A stretch of 62,169 bases of DNA, filler included, from Rhabdomonas costata (lineage: Eukaryota): NCBI GenBank assembly GCA_019059605.1. It is 27 parts of 27 records of this genome, joined end to end, with 100 filler letters (N's around TTAATTAATTAA, not from the genome) between each part and the next. Parts side by side here need not be neighbours in the genome. Positions count along the whole stretch, not along the records: positions 48,440 to 50,642 come from JAHMHO010004864.1; positions 50,743 to 52,945 come from JAHMHO010004865.1; positions 53,046 to 55,260 come from JAHMHO010004866.1; positions 55,361 to 57,563 come from JAHMHO010004867.1; positions 57,664 to 59,866 come from JAHMHO010004868.1; positions 59,967 to 62,169 come from JAHMHO010004869.1; 21 more parts are not named here. One strand, 5' to 3'. The translations under genes were made by a program, and so were the position numbers. The notes under the pieces were generated by a model. It saw only the letters and a program-made list of their open reading frames with translations, was not told where the DNA came from and ran no database searches. Below, in pieces: positions 49,193-60,273 of the stretch (position 1 is the stretch's first letter; the number at the start of each line of letters is the position of its first letter).

Positions 49193-50385
49193 TGCGTGCA
49201 ATTGCTGGCAATAACTTGCTCTTTGAAATGGGCGAGTCCTTCCCGAACCCAGGCGCTTGCTGGGACGACTTCACACAGAAGGCGCCCAGCTGTTGTTGGT
49301 GTGTGTGTGTGTGAAAAAATCTCGGGTCCCTGAAGTCTTTGTTCTCCGTCCTGATTGTTCTGCTGAGTAAATGATGTACTCGGAACTTTCTCGGCTTCCT
49401 CCACTGTTCGCCGCGGCGCACGACCCCAAGCTGGCGGGCAATGACACCATCAAGGTGAGCTGCATCCCCCGTCTGGAGGCGCAGGAGCTCGTGGTGGAAG
49501 CCGTGGATATCCATAACAACCTGTTCCAGGCCGTGCTGGGCGAGAAGGAGCTCAGCACCCTGAGGGCCGACCAGACCTGGCCAGGCTTCTTCAACTCCAT
49601 GATGCAGGGCTTCTACAGGTTTTCCTGCACCCTCAAATCTCAGTGCAAAAGACAGCAACGCCTTAAGCAGATAAGCAGATATAGATATGCGCCATGAACC
49701 ACATTGGCGGTCGGGGAGGAAAGCTGATGGGTTGAGACGGGTTGTTCCCACCGATGACACCCAAATGAACTCCCACAAACACACTCCACGACAATTCGCT
49801 GTGTTTCCACAACAATTCGATGGTTGGGGGGCAGAAGCCTTCGCCGCGGGTGAGTGGGCCTTTGCATGTATGTCTGCATGTGACACAGTGGTGCTGTCAA
49901 GATCGCTGATGCTGATCAAGGCTTGACCTGCACGGTGAACCCTGGGAAGTCTCATGAGGTGTGGCCTTTGTTGAGGAAGAGTGCTTGCAGTTCACCACAG
50001 TGTGCTGCGCCAATGCGCAATATGGCCATTGCTTTGCAATGTTGTGTTGTAGGTCTTCTTGTGAACGTGCTTGTGTAGTTTTTTGATTGCTGGCCGTTAA
50101 TGGGCAGCGCTTCGAACGGGGAAGAAATAAAACAGGTATGTATGGTTTTTTATTGTGGGTGGAGCTGGTATGGCGCTACCCCTTCCCAACCAGAAACTCA
50201 AAAAACACTCCGGTCCATTTTGTTGGGGCTGCATCTTTTTGCAGGCTGCGATATACTTGCGCAAGTCCAATGACCAGTCTGGGACTGCCGCGCTGGTAAA
50301 CCACTTGATCACCTTCTACCAAGTTCGTTCTGACCCGGGTACCTACGAGAAGCGCCTCGAGGATCTCATCAAAAAGGAAAAGGAG
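49193..50385 (+). CDS. Multi-exon hypothetical protein
   Basis: Coding-like blocks RAIAGNNLLFEMGESFPNPGACWDDFTQK, ELVVEAVDIHNNLFQAVLG...GFY and AAIYLRKSND...KKEKE, with splice-like borders. Confidence 0.6.
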
Positions 50386-51682
50386 GTGTGTAGCACGCAT
50401 AAAGCGATGCAAGAGGAGTATTATAAGCCTTTTTGTGCAAACGGCACAGTGTCACCACTGTTCAGTGAAAGATCCACGTAACACACGTGTTACAAGCTTC
50501 CGCCGAAAGGGTCAAAGCCCAATTCCCGCACAATATCATGGCCAACCGTTCTGTTCTGCGTTTTTCGAAGCCAAGAACACATCTATCGGTATAACGTGGA
50601 GACCCCCCATTACGTGGGCCTTCCTTTGTGAACCCCCCAACCNNNNNNNNNNNNNNNNNNNNNNNNNNNNNNNNNNNNNNNNNNNNTTAATTAATTAANN
50701 NNNNNNNNNNNNNNNNNNNNNNNNNNNNNNNNNNNNNNNNNNAGGCAGAGACGGGGTTGGCACCTCCGGCTCATAGCCGTGGTCATGCTGGGGGCTAGAA
50801 ATGCCTCCTGATCCTGCGCTTCGAAGAGCGGCTTGGGTTTTGGTTTTCCCGTGAGATTATTTTAGGCATGGCCTTTGACTCACTTCCGTGTTCATTGCAC
50901 ACCCTGTCCTCCCGCGCCTGCTTCAAAGCCTCTCTTCCTTTCGCATCTTTTGTAAATAGAATTCGGGGAGTGAGGGTGGGCCAGAAAAGTCCCATCTGCT
51001 CTGCCAAACTCTCCTCTCGTCAGGCGCGGTTGGACTGGCTCCTTTTTCGCCACAATATGTTTTGGGTTGTTGGATTTCTCGGTTCTCCAGCAGACCCCAC
51101 TAGAGAGAGGACAGAGTCATGTATATGCCGTTGTTTGATTGAAGAAAACGCTCTCTCTCAGCCGTTATTTTCGGGCTTCTTTGCTTTTTGTCCCATGTGT
51201 TTCCTCTTTCCACCCCCACCCCCTTCCCGAGGGGAGGGCTACGTTGCTTTGACTTGAAAGAGAGAGAGGTAGGGAGAGAAGAAGAAGAAGAAGAAGTTCC
51301 TATTCTGTTCTTGCGTGCTTTGATGTCTTTGGTAAACCGCATGCGCCGCTTGGCGGCGTTGTGGGTTGCTTCTCTTCCGACCTCAGTTTCACACTTGATA
51401 TAGGTGACACTCAGCCATGCGAACTAATCGTCAATCCTCACTGGAGCCATTGTGCGTGCACTAATGTGGCTGCACTAATTTCCTTCACAGTGCTTTGTGC
51501 CTCATGCATGCTGCTTCTCCAATACCACCGATGCTGACCAGGTGAGTATGAATGATATCAAGCAAAAATAGCCAGACCAAAAAGCTCAAAAGGTTCCGTG
51601 TGTGGATTGGAAACCTTGGTTGCTCGGCAGTGGAAGGCTTTCTTCCTTTTAAGCGTTGACGGGTTGCGCTTCACACCACCGA

Positions 51683-52945
51683 ATGGCTTGTCTGAGATTC
51701 GCGGTGTGTGTGGTGGCGTTGAGCTTGGTGGCCGCTCATGGCCATATTCTTCCCGGCTCGTTTTCGGAACCCGACGAGTGCCTTAATGCAGTCTCCGCCG
51801 CAGCGGCGTACGACGAGCGGTTTGAGACCCGCCTGGGGCACAAGGGTTCCGCCGCGAACAGCGCGGCCTCCGCGGAACAGTTCGAGGAGCTCATGCTGCA
51901 GCAGCGTGAGACGGGCACTATGTACGGCTGCATCTATGCCATGGGCTGGGTCTCTGAGGTGTTTGAGGGGCTACGCAGACAATGGGAGGTGCGACCGTTT
52001 TCCCCGCTCTTTTGGAGTGGGACAGGTGGAAAGCACTAAACCTGTCACTGCCATTCGCTTTTCACCGTGATGGTGGAAGTCTTCGCGCGCAATGAGCTCA
52101 GCCGATATTAGACTGAGATTAACTGTTTGGTCTCTTGGGGCTTCTATGAGTCATCGTTTGGGGCATGGTTGGTTGGTTGGCGCGTAGAGATCACACCGGT
52201 ACTGATGGCTGGATCGTGGGAATGGATTTTTCGGCGCGGACCGTTGTTGAGCTCTTGATGGTGGGAGTTCCCACTTTCCCAACTTTGACGCCTTTGGTTG
52301 GCGATCGGATAATTGCAGAACTGGCTGTTCATGGTTGTTACAGGAATACCGCTATCAGCCGTACGACTTTCGAGCGGGATACGTAGAGCTCTTTGGGGAC
52401 GACATAATCGCTGCCATCGCCGCTCGGCGGGGTGTCACCAACGCCCGAGTCTTGTACCACATAATTCTCCTGGGAAACCACGTGCACGGTATCAGGGGGG
52501 CGTGCGTATGGTCGCGACACCCGCACACACGTGTACAGTATAGCAGCTTCTATTCATTTCGCACCATTCTGAGGCAAGACTCAGGTCTTTAGATCAAGCA
52601 TGTCTTCTCTGCGAAGGAGCCCCCAAGGGGCATTACAACCGGAAGGGGGGTGAAAGGTCAGAAAATTCTGATCCCAAGGACTGGCCACGCGCAGCGTTTC
52701 GGGAGACATGCTGTATATACAAAGGATCCACACCTGCTTCGGTGTTCCCTGTAGATATGGCGGTTGTGTCAGAGCATGTGGGAACCTTGACAGACGATGT
52801 ACATGTGCTGGTTTGGTCACGCACCAGACGGACCGACGATTGCTTCTCCCCTCCCTGCAGCCTTTCTGGTGGAGCAGCTCCCCAACCAGCTGGGGTTCCG
52901 TGTGCATGAGACCTTCCGGGGGGCCTATGGCATGCGGGCCTGGCT
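51683..52945 (+). CDS. Secreted hypothetical protein; exons 51683-51988, 52344-52488, 52861-end
   Basis: Signal-peptide-like MACLRFAVCVVALSLVAA; two GT-AG introns (phases 0 and 1) give one open frame. Confidence 0.75.
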
Positions 52946-53314
52946 NNNNNNNNNNNNNNNNNNNNNNNNNNNNNNNNNNNNNNNNNNNNTTAATTAATTA
53001 ANNNNNNNNNNNNNNNNNNNNNNNNNNNNNNNNNNNNNNNNNNNNGGTGGTCGTTATACCGTCTAACAACCCGCCCCACCTTAAAAAACATCTGACTCGG
53101 ATATTTCGAGTTAAAACGATTATTGCGATAGTTTTCTAATTTATTAATACAAATTTCCACGCTTTTTATCGCCTTTTTGTTCTCGTTTAACTCAGAAAAA
53201 GAGTTTGTCACAGTAAAAAATGACGCATTGGCGCAGGCGTGTACAGGAAACAGTGCAGTGCACGAATACCCAGGGCCCAAAACGAAATGAAGCCGTCACC
53301 CGGGGTGTACGAAG

Positions 53315-55024
53315 TCTGCCCCATCTTCCGTCGGAGGTCAAAGCGCAGCGCAAACATGGCCACGTACAGGGCATAGTTCACCAAGTCAAGGTAGTTCCTG
53401 ACGGCGAAGGACAGAAAAAGCATAGAATAGCGGGCCAGCTCAAACAGTAGTTATATAGTATAACAACTTTATACTGTCACGGGCGGAAAAATTGAACCTG
53501 GGTTTCCCCTATTTCTTGAGCATTCCCAATGACTATTTTCCATTGGCTAAAATTGCTCCTTCCTGGGCTTTGGCTAACGGATTATAGGGGAGTAGGCCAG
53601 CGCCGCAGCGGCCGGAGCGGGTGGCTGAGGTTGCCCGGAGAGGAAATGTGGGATTTGCGTGACAATGCACCAATAAAAGATGAAAGTTTGGGAAGGACCT
53701 GGAGTAAGGAGCACAAGACTGGCTTCACTGTTTGATGTATAATAACATTACACGGTACACCGTATAACGTCCTTATACCGTTTAACATCCCCGCCATGCA
53801 CCATACCCGGCTGTACGGGTTTTACTGATCCGCATTCATTCCGGGAACCATCCTACTCCCTCGACTGTTCTGAACTGAGTTGTCCACGCCGCCGGTTTCT
53901 CTATTCTGTAATGTTTTTCACCTTGGTACCTGAAATACGGTTATTGAAGAGAAAGGCTTGGTCCGTTGCCGCCACGAAAGAGCAGGGAAGAGGGGAGAAA
54001 GCGGTTACTGTGTTTGCTCAAAGGCATTCATTTGGTCCAGTTGGCTGCAGCACAGATGAGTTCTCGTGAAATTTTTGCAGTAGCAGTAGGTACAAATAAA
54101 AAAACAGGAAGAAGAAAGGCAAGGAAATTTACTGTGTTTGTGTGGTTTGTGTGTTTGTGTGGACACGGGATTTAAAACAACTGTTTTTGACGAACATTGG
54201 TGTCGTTTTGATGTGCCGGTTAGTTTCAGTGACGACCCCTTTTGATCTCACTGAAGCGCGCGTTTGAGTGAAAACTAGAGTGTAACCTTAACTCCAAAAA
54301 AAAAGGCGATACGCACAGAGAGCAGAGGGGTGGAAAGCTGCGCATGTGGAAACCATGGATCCTGGAAGTAGCCCTTCCAGCACAGATGACTGTCAGGGAC
54401 TTCTCTGCCACAGCGAGGGCACCGCGGAAGCCGAAACTGGTTGAAGATACTGCATCGCAACCGGAACACAGAAAAAAAAACAGCGACATCGTGTGCATGT
54501 GCGTGAGGGCAAGCTAAACGGTAACCGCTGTTAAACGCTGAAGGTACGAAACAAGGCTGGTTGGATCGGCCAGGGACCACCCACATGTATCGCTATTGGT
54601 GCGCATGACCAAGAAAAGCCCCCCCCCCCGCTGGCTTTTGCCGCTAAAACGACTAATAATCCCGGGCAAAGGCAACGAAGTCCGCCCGAATTCAGCCAAT
54701 TTCAGCCCTCAAACGAACCATCCAAAAAAAGAAAAATGTTATTTTCCACAGAATCAGGTTCGTCCCATGATGAGCCGAAAAAGGCCTGGGATTATTTGGT
54801 TCACCGCTTTTGGGTGTGAATCGGCACAGAGCAGAGATTCTGCTGAGATGAAGCGGAAGCACATAACGCACACAAAACGAGGCACAAGGCATGGTTTTGG
54901 GTGAAGGTTTTTTCTGCCTCCAGCGGGCGTTCGAATACGCTGCCGCTTCTCGGGGTACGGATCACCCCTCTGCTGCTGCATGGAGGCTCTTGGGAAACCT
55001 CGAGGAGCATTACCCACTCCCCCC

Positions 55025-55078
<54 letters not shown>

Positions 55079-55196
55079 CAGAGACGGACCGCTCGCATTC
55101 ACAACATGGGAGCTGTCTCTCAGCACCCTCCTTCACAGCAAGGTCCTTCAGGCACACAGGGCACTGGCGGGCCCTGGTGGTCAGGTAGCCATAGAA
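53315..55196 (-). CDS. Polycystin/TRP-like cation channel fragment (S2-S3 loop and S3); exons 55196-55090, 54449-54354, 53397-~53315
   Basis: Two phase-2 GT-AG joins give ...KGYFQDPWNYLDLVNYALYVAMFALR, the YFxxxWNxLD motif followed by a TM helix. Confidence 0.75.
55026..55072. repeat. (CA)n microsatellite, intronic
   Basis: Seen directly. Confidence 0.95.
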
Positions 55197-55436
55197 CTAA
55201 GAGGCAATAAGGAATGAGCCTAAGCCCCCCCATAAAAACACTGAATTGCCACCCCAACACNNNNNNNNNNNNNNNNNNNNNNNNNNNNNNNNNNNNNNNN
55301 NNNNTTAATTAATTAANNNNNNNNNNNNNNNNNNNNNNNNNNNNNNNNNNNNNNNNNNNNTGTGGTCAACGTGCGTACCTTGCTTTCACAAGGTGTGTAT
55401 GGGGTGATTGGGATCTACGGAACAGTCACCTCCGTG

Positions 55437-57359
55437 ATCTCGTCCACATAGGAAGCCCTGATGTTGATGACATTCTTGTCAAACGGCTGCCGCAAAGACA
55501 TGGTCCCTGTATAGGCCCCGATGAAGGGACAGCCTGCTGCGCAGGCGATCGGGGCTACGGCCACGGAGGTGACTGTTCCGTAGATCCCAATCACCCCATA
55601 CACACCTTGTGAAAGCAAGGTACGCACGTTGGCCACAGCAGGACCAGGGTTATAACCATCGTCGAGGGTGCGCAGAAGCAAAAGATGACCATCCAGCCCA
55701 CCATTCTGGTTCTGCTCGACAAAGGCTGCACGGATACCAACCATCAGCTGGAGCCCAGCCAAGGCACTGTCCCCGCTAAGCGCGACGGACTGCCCAAAAA
55801 CAAAGAACTTCGGAAGCGCATTCGGGTCTGCATAGCACGACGTGAGCGGGAAGGAGAACGTTCTGGTCAAAGGAAACGCTGATAGCGCTGAGGACGCCAA
55901 CATATCCAGGGAGGTAATCCACACTTTGCGAAGGCCCTGACCACAGCTGGGCCTGAAGGGCCCGAACTGAAGCCCAGCTACTGCAAAAACGGATGTTGTG
56001 TAAAAGTTCTTCAGGAAGAGCTGCGGCGTAACATTCACACCGGCACCGAAACTCGTCAAGGAGTCAATCACAAGCTGCCCTATGGCGTATCCTTCCAGCA
56101 TTACGGTAGGCATGCTGAGGTTGCCGGCTACCGAGGGCTGGGCAAGCAGTGCACTATTGAAGGAGGACACCAAAGAGTGAGATGAGAGAGACAGCGGAGG
56201 CACCACGTGCGAGACGACAACCGCAGGGAGAGCATCTCCAAAGTGAATTTTCTGAAGCCCTGAAAGCAGCAACTCCGGGACAATGATCGCGGAGATGGTC
56301 AAAAAAAGTGTGTTTGGTAGAATTCGTTGCGCATTTGCAATGAACCCAACAGCGTCCTCAGCCGGAGTCAAAACGAAGACAGCCTGCAAAGGGGAAAATG
56401 GTTGACACGTGTTGGGGCGAGAGAGAACCATACAGGCGATGAATCGCGGGACTAGGCTCCCAAAATTGAAAAAAAAAAGCAAGAACGTAAGGAGCGTGCA
56501 TATTACAAATTTTAACACAGCCTGCGAGAATAGCAAGTGCCGGCTAATTGCTTCGGGACTCCTACACACTGTCATTACAGCGGCAGCCCCGTTGTCCACA
56601 AAGACTCCCATAATGTACTCATGTCAACGGAGGTTTTCGACGCGAAAGAGTTTTCATTTAACAATTCCATTCAAAGCAATCAAGACGTGGACTCAATCAC
56701 ACCTGCGGTACAGCTCCAGAATGCCCAGAAATGTTTACCAGCGCAGAGGAAATCCCAGAAGCCCCAGATCCGGCGGCGTACACGATCTCACTCACAAGCC
56801 CAAGCTGCAGCACCGAGAGTATAGACACCAGGGCAGACCGGGCCGCCTCGCTGCAGGAGCTACCCAACGCATAGGCGACGCTGAGGTCCAGAGAGGCAGC
56901 TGAGCCTCCTTGCGCGGGGTCTCCCAAGTGCCGGTCGATGAGATACTCCAGCAATGCCACGAGCTCGTCCTCCAACCCTGCGCGAACACTCAGCACACCC
57001 ACCGGGACAGTTGCCATGGAACGGGGCTGGACTGCCGGGCCAAGAGACGACGGATCACTAGAAAAAATCTGCCCAATTACGGCAGGAACTTGTGGTGCAA
57101 CACTGTTGAGGGAATAGGCACAGACCCCACCCACAAAAGCCAAGGTTGTGTTCGCCAGAGGGTCGGAGGCCGCCATCTGAAGAGCCTGTGGCACCGACGA
57201 GCCAAGGAAGGCAAGCTTGATGCCAAGGATCCGCTGCTGCTCAAAAGTAGAGGGACTCGACGGGGCCGCACACCCCGGGCCTGGCCCAAGGGACACCAAG
57301 GAGCTTACCCAAGTGGTCTGTACAGCAATGAAAACTGCCAGTGTCACAAGATCCCTCAT
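55437..57359 (-). CDS. Receptor ectodomain with tandem periplasmic-binding-protein type 1 domains (receptor adenylate cyclase/kinase-like); exons 57359-56703 and 56383-~55437
   Basis: Signal-like MRDLVTLAVFIAVQ; FGQSVALSG..GIRAAF.EQNQNGGLDG..L.LRTLDDGYNP...GT...PFIGAYTG..LRQP...VINIRASYVDE is a LivJ-like PBP1 domain, with an earlier degenerate copy (VLSVRAGLEDE). The catalytic domain is not in the contig. Confidence 0.8.
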
Positions 57360-57679
57360 TCGTGTCGCGTTTCGAAGCAAAAACAGAAGCAAAACAAGAG
57401 TACCCTGTAAAAATGCAAGCGAAGCAGAAAAAAACGAAGTGGAGTTGAGCATAGTTTGCCAGTCCAATTCAGTCCAGTTCACCAACGGGGATTCCACAGA
57501 ACCTTTTGATGAGCACATGTCTCATCTTCGAGTTCCAGATGTAAATCATTCAAACCAAAACCCNNNNNNNNNNNNNNNNNNNNNNNNNNNNNNNNNNNNN
57601 NNNNNNNTTAATTAATTAANNNNNNNNNNNNNNNNNNNNNNNNNNNNNNNNNNNNNNNNNNNNTGTTGGTGTGTTTGGG

Positions 57680-59370
57680 GGGTTGGGGTCGTGGTTGCGG
57701 CCGAGGGCTGGGCCGTGGTGCAGGACACCCTTGAAGGGAGTACCGTCACAGAGGTCCACAGGGGCCAAGGGGTCAGACCCGAAGTGGTAAGGTTCACCGT
57801 ACCTGACGCACCCAACCCGTCATCGGGTAGTGGGCGTCACATTTATCCGTTCCCACTTGCTGGCATTTCACTGTACAATGCAGACCTGCTTTTACGAAAC
57901 AGCACAAATATTATTATTATTACAATTAGGGTTATATTATTATTACTACAATGGTTGGAACGACAACCTCTTGCTGCACTGCGGCTGTTTCAAAACTCTC
58001 TTAGCTTTGCAGGGAAGCCACAAGTGATGGCAGAAAACTCGCTGTGCGCTGCAGGGTTGGGAACTTGCTTGCTAGGTTGTATACAAGGGCGAGATGACAA
58101 GCAAAAGTTTTCGGGGGTGAGGCGTTAATCGAGGGCATCAGTGAACGTTGCAATGTTGTTCATGTTGTTGTTGGACTTTGGTACGCTTGAGGGATAGGAT
58201 TGATTTCGGCGCGGGCGGCCGAGGCTGCTTCATGTTTCAACATCATACCAATGATACCAATAGTTTCTGTTTAGATTCGTGGCTACCCTTGACTTTCACT
58301 CAAGGGCACACGCACAAGTGAAAATACGAGAGCAAAAGGGGGCGTCTAACGTCTAACGGCCCCTACCCTCCCTCCAATATATAATTGGCACGTACGTAAT
58401 AAGCCCCTGTGCTGCAATGCAAACCTTCCCCCTTTTCTCATTTGAAGAAAAAAAGCCAGCCGACTTATAACATATTCTGACGTAAAGTCAACCTGCGCCG
58501 AACAAAAAAAACCAGAACAAATGGATGCAACCTCAGATGTATCCCACCGCTTGGAGAGGGGGGGGGGGGTGCATGAGAAGTCAGGCCTGAGCTCAGCGCC
58601 AGAAGGACGAACTCAGCGCGGCTGGAGTTCGCCCCATTGACCGTGGACTGCTCCACAGTCATGACCGCGGCGGCAGACGAGGGCACCACCAGAGATACCC
58701 CGCTCGTCGTGTCAGCAGTAACCTGCACCGTCCCGCCCCCCCCCACACACACACACATGTTGCACGCTCTCCACTGCAGCCAGAACGAAAACAGAATTCG
58801 GGGCACTCATGCGCAGCTCCCCAGCGGGGAAGCGGGGAGCCTCGGGGGCAGAGTCATCATCCCTTGTGCTGGCGGTGGTGGTGGGGCAATAAGGGACCAG
58901 TGGTACCACACAGCGCTATTGGTCCGTACGAAAAAAATGGTTATAGCCGCCCACTCTGGCCCAGCTCTCAGAGGCTGGCCTCAGTCTCCAAAACCAAGCC
59001 ATACCAGCTGTCGTCCAGAGGCAAGCAAAGGGTAGAGAATATTGACACAGTTGACTTAACTCCCTCATACAAATTGATATCGCCGGCCAACGGCATTGTT
59101 TACCTACTTGCACTCTTCTTGTTAGAAATTGGTCAGCGATATCACCCGCAGCAGTTACCACTGGTAAACGTAAATTCCACCCGCAGATGGTTTGGACAAC
59201 CGCCGGTGAAAATGTACCAGCAATTAAGATGCAACATTCGTTCATCGCTCATCTGGACACAATGACGCAACCCAGACAACCGCACAGTGCCGGAGGGGAG
59301 TGACCTCACAGAACAGCCGCTGCTGCGGCTGCACAATGCACGAGGAGCACATCAGTGTCTGCTTCACTGT
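57680..59370 (-). CDS. Ser/Thr/Val-rich putative surface protein fragment; exons include 58722-58587 and 57802-~57680
   Basis: VTADTTSGVSLVVPSS...ALSS|GTVNLTTSG joins in phase 1 through a GC-AG intron. Confidence 0.5.
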
Positions 59371-60273
59371 AAAAAGCCACACGCACATGTACATGCACAC
59401 ACAACATGTTAGAGCAGAGACAAAGCCGAAAGGATCACGCGCAAGCGGAAAAGATGAAGGCGGGGTTCCTAGCAAAAGCCAGCCCTGTACCGCAAGCGAT
59501 ACACTATCCAAGCGGGTTCTTCAGCCTGCAAAGCTGGCAATGTTGAGACTGGAAGACTAATTGGTGGTGCAATAAAATAATAAACTGTGAAAACCATCAT
59601 TAAGGTGATGACTTGGACCGTTGGACTTGACGCGTTCAATTTCACCCGTGTGTCACCGTAAATCGCACCCCATCCTACTTTGCAAGGCACAAGACATGAT
59701 GAAAATGTCCCACATCTAAGGGAAAATCCCTAAAACCTCGGCGACTAAACCTGGCTAGCATAACTACCCCCCCCCCCTCCGAAACCCGGAAGGGATTCTT
59801 TTTTCCTTTTCTAAAGGTGGGAAAAAGGTGAAATGTGATGACACAACACACCAAACACACCCACACNNNNNNNNNNNNNNNNNNNNNNNNNNNNNNNNNN
59901 NNNNNNNNNNTTAATTAATTAANNNNNNNNNNNNNNNNNNNNNNNNNNNNNNNNNNNNNNNNNNNNAAAGGACGAAAGGCGAGCCCGAAATCAGTAACTT
60001 ATATGCTGTAGCTTATGGGGTGAGTCACCGTCGGTTGCAGTTTTCAATCGCAAGGGAAGACTCGCAAGAGTGGAGGGAATAGGTTTGTGGATTTCTTCGG
60101 AGCTACAGGGGGTTCCTCTGTGAGAATTTTGGAGACGAAGGCAAAACCGAATTTGGCTGCGGGAATTCGATCTCCTACCTCAGCGCTCATTGACGCACTG
60201 GATTGGACTTGTGACCTCGGTGTGAGATGTGGCATGTGACCTTCTTCTGACTGCTCTTCGGGTGCCCGCGCAG

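Noticed and set aside
54767..54846. Box C/D snoRNA (ATGATGA...CTGA)
   Set aside because: Antisense to the host gene, no terminal stem, and no guide sequence recognised.
2208..59966. Regularly spaced TTAATTAATTAA every ~2.3 kb as a biological repeat or CRISPR-like array
   Set aside because: Always centred in N padding; an artificial linker between length-sorted contigs.
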